DNA of 64,000 nucleotides, from assembly GCA_951406725.2 (NCBI GenBank), contig OX597817.1, forward strand, positions 105,710,001-105,774,000, written 5' to 3'. The position numbers and the translations under genes are program-made. Every line of letters starts with the position of its first letter. The first letter of the stretch is position 1. The notes under the pieces are model-generated. The model saw nothing but the letters and a program-made list of their open reading frames with translations. It had not been told where the DNA came from and made no database searches. Source of the stretch: Octopus vulgaris. Lineage: Eukaryota. This document shows positions 38,943-52,694 of the stretch, in pieces.

Positions 38943-39150
38943 GGCGGCGAGCTAGCAGAATCGTTACCGCGCCGGACAAAATATATAGCGGCATTTCTTC
39001 CGACCTCGCGTTCTGAGTTCAAATATCACCAGAGTGGGCTTTGCCTTACATCCTTTCGTGATCGATAAAGTAAGTAACAGTTGAACGCTGGGGTCAACGT
39101 AATCGAGTTATCCCAGAAATTGTTGACCTTGTGCCAAAATTTGAAACCAA
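38943..39150 (+). mobile_element. SINE family A, diverged
   Basis: Head GGCGGCGAGCTAGCAGAATCGTTA; TTTGAAACC tail. Confidence 0.8.
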
Positions 39151-39469
39151 TATCAATGATAGCTTTGATTAAATTGTATTACAATTTCGAAGTACCAGAT
39201 CATATTCTTGATACTGTATCATTATTGCTTGTTAAATGAATCTGTTTGGCTAAGTTGATAGTAAAGTAGGCGCTAGTACACTTGATGGAGTCAACCAAGA
39301 AATTTTTATAAATAAAAATTGTACTCTTAGCTATGAGAACCACTTTCAACTAAATTACAGTTTCTGTTTCAAAAGAGACGCGAGAGACAACTTCCCGAAA
39401 TTTTATTCCAAATGTATCTAATATGGAATGCTGAGAGAAATGGGTCTGATCGTAATCAGTAGGTGACAA

Positions 39470-40200
39470 CTTTGGACATGTTTTAGTCTTGTAGATTTCA
39501 TCAGTGATGTATAGTCTAACTGTAGCTACAAGATCTTAGAATGAATACTGAGTGGTTAGATAACTTAAGAGAATACCCAGTGTTGCCTGTTGCATAAAGA
39601 CCTCATAATAATGTGGGTATTAGAATACTTGGCGTAACAATTCGAGAAAGTTTATCGAATTAAAGTTACCTCTTTACAGGAGAGAACAACTATTTTTTTA
39701 AAAATGACTAATTCTGGTTTTAAAAAACAGCAGTGAGAGATAACCTCGAAATTGTATTCAATGAAAATATATAGAAAGTAGTGCTGAGTGAGTTGTCAAG
39801 AGAAGTAACCCTGAAAATTTAAAAGACGTCCACAGTTGTCTTTAGACTGCTAAAGATCCGGTTTACTTCCCAATAATTCTATATTTAATTAATTTAATTA
39901 AAATCCTTAGGTTATCACCCTGGGCATGTTTGACAGAAGCAGCCACGTAGGTAATCATTGTTCTCACTATTAAGAGTTTTATTTTGAATTAATTAAAATA
40001 TTCTGGTTTGCTACCTCTTTGCTATTTAGTAATGTTTTCCTTTTCACACTCTGATAAAGCTTATTCGGGACCTCTATGTATATCGTGAGAATATGGAAGT
40101 GCACCCAAAGAGTTCTTCCCCAAGGTGCAGGCCTAAATAAAGTTTTGTTCTTGGAAGACCAATAGTCGTTCATAAATACAAATTTCTTCTCTACATCTTA
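39470..40200 (-). mobile_element. Possible decayed Penelope-like remnant
   Basis: Minus strand has CTGATGA..GACT-AAAA-CATGTC (hammerhead relic) downstream of a FCQTCPG Cys motif. Confidence 0.35.
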
Positions 40201-42185
40201 TTTATGACGTCAAGGGAGAAGGAAACGGCCGATACTGTTTAATATCAGCGTTATCGCTAGGCGTTTCTGTAAGGACAGAAAAGCATCAGAACTGATATTG
40301 CAAGACATCCCACCCAACGCTCTAACAATCTCACCAATCCACTGCTAATGACGACCACTTTATTAATTGACCCGAAAGGAAGAAAGACGAAGTTGGAATT
40401 TGAACTTAGAGCACATAGACTCGGAATAAAAATCTCGTGATATTTTATCCGACACTCTGAATAAAAAAGTGAAAATTAGAACAGAAGAAATCTTTAGCAT
40501 ACACTCCATGATTGTACAGGTGAACGTACTATGGATGATTAATATGCATGTAAAATAAGTTAACTAGTGGTGTGAAGGGTAGCAAATATGAAATGTGTTA
40601 GTAAAACATTAAAATTGTTTCCAGTATAAATATTGTTTCAAAATAGTTATTCTATATAGCACTGTGATGTTATCTGCTAATGTCTGCTTCCATAATCTTT
40701 TCCATCTAAAATTATCGAGACATCAAAAAATTATGTGCTATAGTTTTGTCACGTCTGTTTGTTTGATTGCCTGCTTCAATGTCTGTTTCGGCTTCTCAAA
40801 AACTATTGAAGTCCCAGTTTTTTTATATTATCAAAGATGATTAAATAATATAACGTTTAAATAGTTTCATAATTTTTTCATTTTTCACAAGTTATCCGGA
40901 TATATATTAGGTGACCTATAGGTTCTGTTATCATTTTATTGCTTCCAGTCAGTGAACAACGGTCATTCTGGAGCACCTCCTTCGATGGTTTAATCGGTCA
41001 TATTGATTCAAGTACTGAATTAAAAAAAAAACTTTTATTGATTATATTTGCCGAATAGATGCATAATGGGGCATAACAGTAAACAAAAATTCACTCGCAT
41101 ACACGAACACATACAGTGATCTTCCATACTGTTTCCGTTTACCTCAAATTTTAATTACAAGGCACGACCTGAAGCTATTGTAGATGGCACTTGTTCAATG
41201 TGTCATGCAGTATCACCGAACTCAAAATCTTGTAGTTGGGGAACGGACTTCTTAACCACACTTTTATTTCATCGGTCCTCTATGCAAGCGATAAAATAAA
41301 ATAGATAAACCAAACACAATAAACATACCTTCACAAATTTTCGTTCATTTATATTAATATGCCTAATGAGGTGTAAAATGCATTCTGAGAACGATCACAA
41401 AGTCGTTTATTTTCACTGTTTCTTTTGAGGGATGTGGTCATACTGAACCCTAACTGTCAAGTATTTTACTCGACTATATCAAACCTGGTGCTATGTTTGC
41501 TACTTATTTTATCAATATCTTTTTCTTAAATGGGTAAGTCCAAGAGACGAAAGTCGGACTACATCCGTATGGAAAGACTATTTTCTGAAGAAAGACATGA
41601 CGATTATTTATTACTAAATGTTTAGATAAAATATTTCTTAGATAATGTTAAGGAATGAAGTTTAGGTGAACATAAAAAGTAGCCTTGTTATTCTGTTTAG
41701 ATTTTTATGCTATTGTATGTACTGTTGGTACGGTTAAATGGCTACGAAGTTCAATTCATAATCACGAGGTCTCATATTCGATTTTATTGTGTGGGGTCTT
41801 GGATAAGTGAGTTTTACTGTAACCTCGAATTGATCCAAGTCTTATGTGTGAATTTAGATAGACAGAACCTGTGAAAACCTGTTGAGCAGACTGTATATGT
41901 ACACCAACCGACCAATATTGACGCGTTATTCCTGCTTGCAGATTACGTTAAGGGTACACGTGTATTTGAAATACTTAACCACTTACGCGCTAGTACCATG
42001 ACTAGTACCGCACTAGTACCATGACAGTTTCGTTGTCTAACAATTTTATTGAAGGGATAAGTCTAAGAGGCATAAATAAGGCTATATCTGCATGGAGAAA
42101 TTATTTTCCTTTGGTTTTCATTCTGTTACATAATCTGATGAAATATATGACCTAAACATTTACCAATATTTAGGTCAAATATAAG

Positions 42186-42400
42186 TCGGCGAGCTGGCAG
42201 AATTGTTAGCACGTTAGGCAAAATGCTTAGCGGTATTTCATCCGTCTTTACGCCCTGAGTTAAAATTCCGCCGAGGTCGACTTTGACTCTCACCCTTTCA
42301 AGGTCGATAAAATAAGTACCAACTGGACACTGGGGTCGTTGTAATTGACTTACACTCTACCATGAAATCGCTGGCCTTGTGCCAAAATTCGAAACCAATA
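42186..42400 (+). mobile_element. SINE family A
   Basis: Consensus head, core and tail. Confidence 0.8.
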
Positions 42401-42967
42401 TTTAAGTCAAATATCTCTTACGTTGTTAGATAGAAGAAAGTGTTTAACTTGCAAGGACAATGTTTACTCCTGGATGTCAAGATTAAAATCGAAAATTCCC
42501 AAATTCAAAATTACTTTTATTTTATTACATTAATAATTTGAAGTATGATCCACAGGTTAAAGTGTCTTGCTGAAAAATAACTTTAAAAGAATTTTTTTTA
42601 ATGGTAAATTTTGTACGTTAATTTTATTATTAGAGTTTAAATTCTGTCACGATCATATTTACTCTCCATCTTTTCGGAATTGATAAAATAAAAGTGCAAG
42701 TAAATTCTCGAGGTCGATTTATATTTCATAGATTCATTGAATGGAGTCACTCTAGATAATTTATCTCAATCCTCATAAATCCCCTTGTCATTCTGTTATT
42801 CTTAAGGATAGTTTAAATTGGAAGTGATTTCTGAACAGGAATAATCATTTAGGTCAAAGTCAGGAGCTAATTGTATTGTTTTATATTGTTCTCCGAGAAA
42901 AATATTAAGATATGTAAGAGTGGTTCTATACTATATACACTTGTCTGAAGAAGAAAAAAAAGATAAC

Positions 42968-43062
<95 letters not shown>

Positions 43063-43224
43063 GCAAGGTCATGTGCTGTTTATCTTGATATGATATCACC
43101 ATGTCGCGCACATATGGTTGTGATGCATGTGCCTGGTGTGCCCTTATCAGACGGGTAGTCATGATGGATATATTGGGCTTCGTATATTTTACCCCAGTGT
43201 CACTTTGATGGCTCTCTCACTCAA
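43063..43224 (+). mobile_element. Retroposon 3' end with (TAA)n tail
   Basis: Ends CTCTCTCACTC-AATAATAAT; inverted homologue at 43649-43821. Confidence 0.7.
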
Positions 43225-43257
43225 TAATAATAATAAGAATTATTATAATTATTATTA

Positions 43258-43569
43258 TATGAAAACTCTCAGCTTATTTTGCTGGGTATGATGGAGAATG
43301 TCAGCTGTCAACAGCCAGCAGACTAAGGTGACACTTGTTTATTGATCAAGCTTCAAGAACCCTGCTAAGAATTCTTGCAGTTTCAAGTAATGCTGATTTT
43401 TGTAGGTGTTCAATCTTTATAATTGTACCACTCTTTTTGAGCCATGTTGGTAGTTGAGTGCTGATACTTCCAAGCGCGCCATTTACCATTAGTATCACGT
43501 CCGCTCTCTTCATTGCCCACAATCTGTATTCTTCCCACTTCAAAAAAATTATCATCCTGGAGTCTTGCA

Positions 43570-43572
<3 letters not shown>
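43258..43572 (-). mobile_element. R4/Dong-clade LINE 3' end in (TAA)n
   Basis: EYRLWAMKRADVILMVNGALGSISTQLPTWL..HLQKSALLETARILSRVL*, flanked by TAA repeats on its sense strand. Confidence 0.8.
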
Positions 43573-43648
<76 letters not shown>

Positions 43649-43650
<2 letters not shown>

Positions 43651-44135
43651 TGAGTGAGAGAGCAGCGCATGCCATCAAAGTGACACTGGAGTACAAATAT
43701 ACGAAGCCCAATATACCCATCATGACTACCCGTTTCTTAAGGGTACGACAGGCATATGCATCATGACTATATGTGCGCGACAGGGTAACCTTATATCAAG
43801 ATAAACAGCGAATGTCCTTGCAGGTGGGGCCCCAGTTAGAATTTTCTTCAGGTCGAGGAGACCAATCCGCTCAAAAGGTCTCTGAATGAGGGTTGTTTAA
43901 GAATGTTGAACGAAACACCTATGTTTCCAGAGGTGAATTATTTAAACCCCAAAGAATTCTTCTCAACACATGGCTATGATGCTCTCCTACGACTCCTGCT
44001 CGTGATTAGAGATGCACATATCGTCATCCACTAACGGACATGCTCAACGGGTTAAGGTCTAACAACTGACAAGCAAATCTGTGGCATTGAGCAGAATATT
44101 TGCAGTAGCCCATCTTTTTATACAAAGACAAAACA
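43649..44135 (-). mobile_element. Longer copy of the (TAA)-tailed retroposon 3' end
   Basis: Homologous to 43063-43224 and extends further 5'. Confidence 0.65.
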
Positions 44136-44364
44136 AATCCCCACAAATCACATGACTCATAAGATCACAGTCTATATTCCTGTTTATAAATGTTTATATA
44201 TTCCATCCAAGGAAAACTATTATTATTATTATATTTACCTTACAATATATCAGTACAACTAGATGCAACCCCGAAAAACTGGCTCACTAGTCAACATCAT
44301 TAGACAGTGGCCGGCAGAATGGAATAGAAGCTTTATTTGCATATTCAAAACGTTTCCCATAAAC

Positions 44365-44405
<41 letters not shown>

Positions 44406-44437
44406 TTTTGGTTGAGAATCTTTGAAAGTATTGTCCC

Positions 44438-44500
<63 letters not shown>

Positions 44501-45730
44501 ATTTTTGGTTGAGAATCTTTGAAAGTATTGTCCTTGCATAGTCACAGTTCAATGGCTGAAATCAGTCAAAAGACAAAAGTTGTTATATCCTGTATTTGGG
44601 ACACATTATTTAAGAATGGTTCTTAAAGAATTGTTCTGGGAAACTTTTGATCCAACACATTTGTTTAAATGTTTTCTTTATGTCCTCCGAAATCTGAAAA
44701 CTGTTTTCTACAAATTTTGCTAATTCCCAGGAACTGTCCCTCTCATTAGTTCCGTCCCACCAACCACACTAATACTTAATCGATTAAAATAACAAATACA
44801 TTGTCTGCTAGTAATTTCAGCATATATTTTGAATCAGAATATTTTTGCTATTTTGACGATCATCAACAGCTACTGCTGAAAACCAATAAACTTTATTCTC
44901 AACCCACATGTTCATTACTCTGCTATAAGTATCAGAAACTATCAAAATATACTGCCAGAGGCTTCATTCCAACATCATATTACAGTTCATATTGGCAAGT
45001 ACTTATTACATAAGCGAACGAACTGCAAGAATTCACCTCCAAAATGAACTAAGCTGAAAACGAACTGTAATAAGTTAAGCATTATATCAAGATAGCATTT
45101 TTTTACGCAAGAGTACTTGTAATTAATCATAAATGTCAAAGAAATGAAAAAATATATTTGTGACACTTCAATGCTTTTATTTGGTACTTACTACTATTTC
45201 ATAGTCCTCTCCCAACGCCACAGTTTCTTAATTTCTTTCTTTCTCAAACCTCTCCGTCTGCTAAATCAATATCTTGTTTAGAGATACAATAAAACCAGTG
45301 CCTCTAGTTAGAAGAGCTGTAGCAAAAGTTCAACTACTCTTGAAGTAAATTAAAACTATCACGTGAAAAAGATTATATTTGTTGCTTTTTGTATGTTTAA
45401 TTTACTTCATCTTATGTAACTATATACTATTAGCATCGAGCAACTAAGAAAGTAATTATAACGGACTGCGACTTAGAGATTTACGTAGTTAGCAACGATG
45501 GCTCGTTGGTGTCCTTAATTTTCTTCTTATTTTTTTTTAAACATTTGATAGTGTTGATATTGTTGAGTAGCACTTAGAGAGTGAGGAAGCCTGCATGCCG
45601 CCAGATATACACATGTGTATGTGTATATGTGTCTGTGTATATGTGTGTGTGCATGTGTGTGTATGCAGGTATGTGTGTATGCATGTGCGTGTTTAAATGT
45701 GTATATATATATATGCGTATATATAATACA

Positions 45731-45766
<36 letters not shown>

Positions 45767-46486
45767 TGTATGTATGTATGTATGTATGTATGTATGTATA
45801 AATATACATACTGTCGTCCTATATGCATGGCATTGACAATGTAATACAAAACTGTTAATATAAATGTATAGCTGTTAGAACAAGAATCCTTTCCCCAATA
45901 CTTTACGCAACGATCCCACAAAGAAAGAGTTTATAGCACTTTCTGTTGCAAGAAGTTCAGACTTGTGCTAGTGAGGTGAGCCTCTACCTCGTCCCTAGAT
46001 CTAATAGAGATAACAACCAAATATTCCTCAGACAGCGCACACAGCTGTCTTTGAAACTAAAATACAATGAATAACGTAATCCAGAGTACATTAATTCTAC
46101 GAAAAAGACTGAAAGGTTTTTAATGCTTTTTATCACAAATCTCTTAGATAAGAATATCTTAGGGCTAACATTGTACAGAAGATCATTTATAAAGCACAAT
46201 CCCATCTGTTTAATAAAAGCGATGGAAAGTATAAGAAATATTCTACAAATAAGTCGTAAATTGCAGCATCTCTCAATATATCCTTACTTTTATCTTGTAT
46301 TATAGAAACATAAAAGTCAAGTCGTAAAATAAAGTATAAAAGCCAGGTTATATACCATCTTTTTGCACTAACAAACCTGAAAGTGCCTTGGCTATGTCCT
46401 ATGCACCAAATGTAGAATATTCATTTAAAAAGAAGTCATTTTAGGGATATTTAATTGTTGTTATATATGTATGTGAATACATACAT

Positions 46487-46527
<41 letters not shown>

Positions 46528-46528
46528 A

Positions 46529-46562
<34 letters not shown>

Positions 46563-46588
46563 CATACATACATACATACACACACATG

Positions 46589-46656
<68 letters not shown>

Positions 46657-46955
46657 AAACAATAAAGATTCAAGTTAATTTAAATGAATTTACTTGAATA
46701 TGGTACCTAACTTAGATGCACAAAAAAACTATACTGTTTTAACAATACAGTAATGTGGGGTGATTATAGAGAAAGAAGCACATATAAACGTGTCCCAATC
46801 ACACACACACACACTCTAGACATCCTAGTGGTTGAGGCTATACTCATGAAGGCTATACATTACTTCATGAGTATAGCCTATATGTCTATCACATGTATTT
46901 ATATATAGACACGTTTATATGCTGTATTTTGCAATAATATATATTGTATACTATC

Positions 46956-47024
<69 letters not shown>

Positions 47025-47046
47025 CATATACATATATATGTATATA

Positions 47047-47217
47047 GGCGCAGGCGTGGCTGTGTGGTAAGAAGCTTGCTTCCCAAACACGTGGTTCGGG
47101 ATCCAGTCCCACTGCATGGTACCTAGGGGGAGTGTCTTCTACTATAGCCTCGGGCCAATCAAAACCTTGTGAGTGGATTTGGTAGACGGAAACTGAACAA
47201 AATCCATCGTGCACATA

Positions 47218-47252
<35 letters not shown>

Positions 47253-47520
47253 GTGTGTGTGTGTATATATTTTTACGTGTGTGTATCTTTGTGTCTGTGT
47301 TTATCACCCCATCATCATCATCATCATCATCATTTGACAACCGATGCTGGTTGGTTTACGTCCCTGTAACTTAGCGGTTCGACAAAAGCGACGGATAGAA
47401 TAAGTACTAGGCTTAAAAAAAAACAAATAATAAATCCTAAGGTTGATTTCATCGACTAAAACTCTTTCAGGTGATGTTCTAGCATGGCCACAGTCAAATG
47501 ACCGAAACAAGAATAGAAGA
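47047..47520 (+). mobile_element. SINE family B, full length
   Basis: Head GGCGCAGGCGTGGCTGTGTGGTAAGAAGCTTGCTTCCC, internal microsatellites, family tail. Confidence 0.85.
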
Positions 47521-47732
47521 ATATATATATATATATATACACACACACATATATATGTCCACATATGGATAATTAAGCAATTAAAAATAAGATTGGAGAG
47601 TTTTTAAAAAATCCCAAACGGAGATAATGGAAAGTCAAATAGGGTTGCTGGAGATTACTAAGGGGTGTTCGGGATATGTACCGTGTGGTGATTTAGGTTG
47701 CTTTTAGATTTGTGGGAAAATTTGAAGGTATG

Positions 47733-47733
47733 A

Positions 47734-47817
<84 letters not shown>

Positions 47818-47850
47818 GTAATAATAATAGTAGTAATAATAATAATAATG
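47733..47850. repeat. (AAT)n microsatellite
   Basis: Direct reading; followed by a CTCRPGTICPL-encoding stretch resembling a PLE CxCR..CPL linker. Confidence 0.9.
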
Positions 47851-48229
47851 TTGATAACATAGACCAATTTACCCCCATCTCTAACCTCTCCTTAGACAGT
47901 ATTACCTCCTTCATTCCTGAGAGTAATCCCCACAATGCACTACCATGTACCTGCCGCCCTGGGACCATCTGCCCTCTACAAACCTGTGTATTTCTATTTA
48001 AGACGGTGAGTTGTAATGTGGCTAATATTTGGCTTCTATTTCTATCAAGTTAAGCAACTGCGTACATCATCCCTTGTTGACAGTTGATGAGATGTTCGTT
48101 GGAAGACACTCATTGAAATTATATTTTGCATTAGTAACGATCTCCATAGAGATAGCATATATTGAACATATGTACGTCATTTGTTTGTCGTAGCGTTATA
48201 CAGTAGTGGTCTTGTTCTGCTTTGATGAG

Positions 48230-48543
48230 CATGGTGCAGTGTCGGACTTACGATGATGAGGTAGTGAGTTCGATTCCCGGGCCGGGCTGTGTGTGTTGTG
48301 TTCTTGAGCAAGACACTTTATTTCACGCTGCTCCAGTTCACTCAGTCGTAGAAATGAGTTGCAATGCCACTGGTATCAAACTGTATCAGCTTTTGTCTTT
48401 CCCTTGGATAACATAAGTGGCATGGAGAGGAGAGGCTGGTATGCATGGATTCCTGCTGGCCTTCCATAAGCAACCTTGCCCGGACTTGTGCCTCAGAGGG
48501 TAACTTTCTAGGTGCTGTCCCATGGTCATTCATGACCGAAGAA
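48230..48543 (+). mobile_element. SINE family C variant with a different tail
   Basis: B-box GAGTTCGATTCCC and core TTGAGCAAGACACTTTATTTCACG. Confidence 0.75.
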
Positions 48544-48638
48544 TGATGATAAGTTCAGAAGTTGTGCTGAAATTTACTCACTAAACAAAACTACATCACA
48601 ACTGACTGACTGAATGACTAACAATAGACTTTCTTTAT

Positions 48639-48810
48639 CAGTCCTAATGTAGTTAGTGGAGTGGGGTGGCGTGGGGGCAGAGGGAGTGGTCTGCCTCAGG
48701 TGGCACCACTGTTGGGTCTGCTGTACGCAATATGTATTTTTCGTGGTGGTGGGGGGGAGTGACAAACTGAAGGGACGCCCCGGGCGGCACACACTCTAGC
48801 TACGCTACTA
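48639..48810. mobile_element. hAT/Tip100-like MITE
   Basis: GC-rich; ends GCCCCGGGCGGCAC..CTAGCTACGCTACTA; left end diverged. Confidence 0.5.
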
Positions 48811-49202
48811 TTGTTAAGTACAGGGAAACACCTTTCACATCTTTTTCATTTGCGTTATCTCACTTTTTCATTTCTTTTTCTTTTCATATCTTTAAATGTG
48901 TGAATGTATATATAAATAGTTCTGTGACTGAACATGTTGTACTGGTATAGTGTATTACATGTACAGGGTACTTGCTACTCATTTTTATTCTATAGTTCCG
49001 GTTAAATCTTTAACAATGAAACGCGTGACTACAGATGTTTCGGTCTTGAACATCTGTTTATTATGTATATCAGGGACACCACTATCCAATGTGTCTTTCT
49101 CTCTGGAGACAGTATGTTGCGACCTGAGGAATATTGGTGGTCATTGTACGCAATCAGATGAAGCCTGTCTGTTTTACGTAGTTATACGTATGTTACAGTG
49201 AA

Positions 49203-49503
49203 GGCGCGTGGCTTAGTGGTTAGGAATTTCGGCTCACGATCGCAGGGTCGTGAATTCAATTCTCGGTGACGCTTTGTGTCCTTAAGCAAGACACTTTATT
49301 TCACGTTGCTCCAGCCCAGTCCACTCAGCTGGCAAAAATGAGTAGTACCTGTATTTCAAAGGGCCAGCCTTGTCACACTGTGTCACGCTGAATCTCCCTA
49401 AGGGTACTCGTGTCTGTGGAGCGCTCAGCCACATGCACGTTCATTTCACGAGCAGGCTGTTTCGTTGATCGGATCAACTGGAACCCTTGTCGTGGAGTGC
49501 CAG
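49203..49503 (+). mobile_element. SINE family C
   Basis: Head GGCGCGTGGCTTAGTGGTTAGG and CORE-like body. Confidence 0.85.
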
Positions 49504-49584
49504 TTAGTTATCTATGTTATGCTCCATGTAAATGGTTACATATACCCACCGCTGCATATATGTAGTCATATTCATCTTTTATCT

Positions 49585-49910
49585 TTTCTTCGTTTCAGTC
49601 ATTTGACTGCGGTCATGCTGGAACACAGACTTCAAGGGTTTTAGACGAACAAATCGACCCCAGGACTTATCTTTTAAAGCTTAATACTTATTTCATTGGC
49701 CTCTTTTGCCGAACCGGGAACGTAAAGACACATGCGCACACACATACAACTAGCTTCTTTCAGTTTCCGTTTGCCAAATCCACCCACAAGGCTTTGGTCG
49801 ACCCGTGGCTGTAATAGAAGACACTTGCCCAAGGTGCTATGCAGTGGAAATGGATCTAGAACTATGTGGTTGGGAAGCAAGCTTCTTTCCACACAGCCAC
49901 GCCTGCGACT
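49585..49910 (-). mobile_element. SINE family B
   Basis: Reverse complement of consensus with an internal deletion. Confidence 0.8.
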
Positions 49911-50110
49911 CCACAGAGCCATGCCTGCACTTTTAGGGCATTAATATTCAAGTAATTGACACATATTCCAGCCTGTGTGTCATTTCACTTGTCATCGTAT
50001 GAGGATTCTGAGATCTACTGTATCACGGTTGCATGAGGATTTTAAGCTCTACTATAGCACGCTAGCCCATTGCATGTTGGTACAGAATGGTAGTCAGTTA
50101 CATCATTTAA

Positions 50111-50328
50111 CCATTTAGCATTCAGATTATTCAATGAAATGTGATGCTTATTTATTTACGTAGTTTTGAATTAACCACGCTTTATCTTGCAGTTTTGAGG
50201 TTTTGATGATGTAAATTTATTTTTATAATGACATTGTAGGGTTGGTGCAAGAGGCCAGATAGGCCTGGTTTGGGCGTAAAACAGGTAGAATACAAGGGCA
50301 GAATATGGCCTGTTTAAATACTAAAGGG
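50111..50328. mobile_element. piggyBac-like MITE
   Basis: TTAA flanks (50107-50110, 50329-50332); ends CCATTTAGCATT and AATACTAAAGGG. Confidence 0.7.
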
Positions 50329-50877
50329 TTAAATCGACCACTGAATTTGACTCGTACGTTATTTACCGATCCTGGAGGGATGAAAAACAATGTTGACCTC
50401 GGTAAGATTTGAACTCAGGACGTAAAAAACCGGAAGAAATCTCGCAAAGCATTCCGAGATTCTATCGATTTTGTTTACGTACAAGGAATCGCCCTGATAC
50501 AACGTGCGAGCGCGTACATGCATATATGTGTGCGTTTTTGTGTATATATATGTATATATGGCGAAGAACAAAAAACATAACAAGACGGAATAAGTTAGCA
50601 ATCAATAGTAAGAGCTCGAGTCTCAGAGAAATAGAAAGAATTGATTACTGTAACCTTTCCAATATAGTTTTTCTTCGAGTATAGGAAAAAAGGGAGATGA
50701 GAGAGAAGGATCCGGAAAAAAGAAAGAAGAAAAACGAAACGGTCATAAAGTCAAGTCAGGTGGTAAAAAGAACCTTGTGGAGTTGTGCTAGATGCCGACC
50801 TTTGACTGACCGGAAGTTTGGGGGTGGGCTAAATGTTTTAAAACACAAGAGCGAATGCAAGGAAAAACGTGTGTGTG

Positions 50878-50909
<32 letters not shown>

Positions 50910-52694
50910 TGATGTAGTGGTGTCCGTCTGTCATATAGTATTGAGAGTGTACATATATATGAGTGTGTGTGTGTATGTATGTATGTATGTATGTATGTAT
51001 GTATGTATGTATGTATATATATATATATATATATATATGTTATATACATATACAGGCGTACTGTGTGTATATGTGTGTATACATGCATGATTATATGCAT
51101 GTACGTGTGTCTTTACACACAACAAGCTTCTGCACAGTCTCTGATAATCAAATTTCACTCACAAGGCATTGGTCAAATTGAGGTTATTCTTAAATATAGT
51201 TGTCGAAGGTACCGTTCCGTGGAATCGAACCCAGAATATCTTTTTTAACTACAAAGCAGCCATGATGCAATTTCTCAATGAACACGTCAATAAATCAAGA
51301 TATATCGATTAACATACGTGGTGGAAACCGAGATAATGAAATACAATCGCATTCAGATTATTAGATTATTCGACAGCAATGAGAGGGATATGATGTTTAT
51401 GATCTCGAACCAACGCAGTTGCTAATAGAAAATTTATTTGGTACAAAGACTTTTAATATATTTATAACGTAGAACTTGTTTCTTCTCGGTTGCCTCCTTT
51501 ATCTTATTAATGGTTCAAAGTATCACAAACCATTGAAGGTTTTTGACTGTTTATAGTAATTATGTCTTTTTTATTATATATTTTATCGTTTTTGGATATG
51601 AAGCTTCTGTATCAAACAAACAGAATTCATTATTTAGCCCTCTTATACAAGGCAACGCCCTCGACAGGATACAAACTTAGCAGCCAGTTACGTTATCTAT
51701 TCAGCAATTGTGATTTGCTTGTAATAGGAATAACGATTTGCATCTGATTAAAATTGCCTCCAACTGCGATGATGATGTTTGCCATTCAGTTTCTACTGAC
51801 ATATGTTTAGTAGTTTGCCAGTTGTCTCCATTCTAAAATCATAACTGTAGTTTGTAGGCGACAGAGCCAGTGAGGTCGAAATGCTTCCATTTGGATTAGA
51901 ACTTTAATGTATACACACCAGATCCTCAAAGCTTCAACAACAAATGTTGGCACTTAAATTTTACTATTATGTTATTTTATCTCGTTTCTAATTCCCAGAT
52001 CAACTGCGGTACATTTAGTTATTGATGCTAACTTCCTCTAATTATGTTTTCAAATAATACTAGATAATAAAAAAATATCCGGACATAACGAAACAATATT
52101 ATTAATTCCTTAGTATAAAAATAAAAACAAGTATTGGAATGTCAACTATGGCTGAGGACAATAAAACTAGATAGATAGGCAAAGTGACGGCAGAACCAAT
52201 TTTGAGAAATTACATCCGGGCTTTTGAATGTCAAATTATTTGCTTCCAACTTGTAACTGACAGAAAAGTATTTCAGCAAATATATATTGTTTGCACTGCG
52301 TAAATTCTCTGTTGTTGCTATTTATTGAAGAGATACAGCTCTGATATTACTGAAAATTGTTTCATTGTGTAGCTTATTGGTAAACTGCCAGTAATTCTAC
52401 TGAAGGAAGTTTGATCATATTTGAACAGAATTAAAATTTGATCTCCTCTAATCTGCTCAAAGTTAACAGTGAAAGTAGCAGTTAAATGCAAGAAAGTTTC
52501 AATCCACCCACGAAGGCTTGCATTTTCGTATTCCGTCTCTGGTGAAGACACACGACAATAAATGGCCCTGGTTAACTATCAATAATTGTAAATAAATAAG
52601 TATTGGAAAGATGTATTTTTTTCTGTGTATAACTGAACAGCATTTCGTGTACTCTAAATCAAGAGTACTCTAATGAATATCTATAGTATATATA

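Noticed and set aside
44370-44540. Two-copy repeat with (AT)n spacers
   Set aside because: Simple local tandem duplication within a degenerate SINE tail.
44534-44546. 13-nt match to the miR-153 5' end (TTGCATAGTCACA)
   Set aside because: Lies in a diverged SINE B tail, the rest of the mature sequence mismatches, and no precursor hairpin is evident.
48470-48543. HDV-like ribozyme in a SINE tail
   Set aside because: Could not assemble the nested double pseudoknot by eye.
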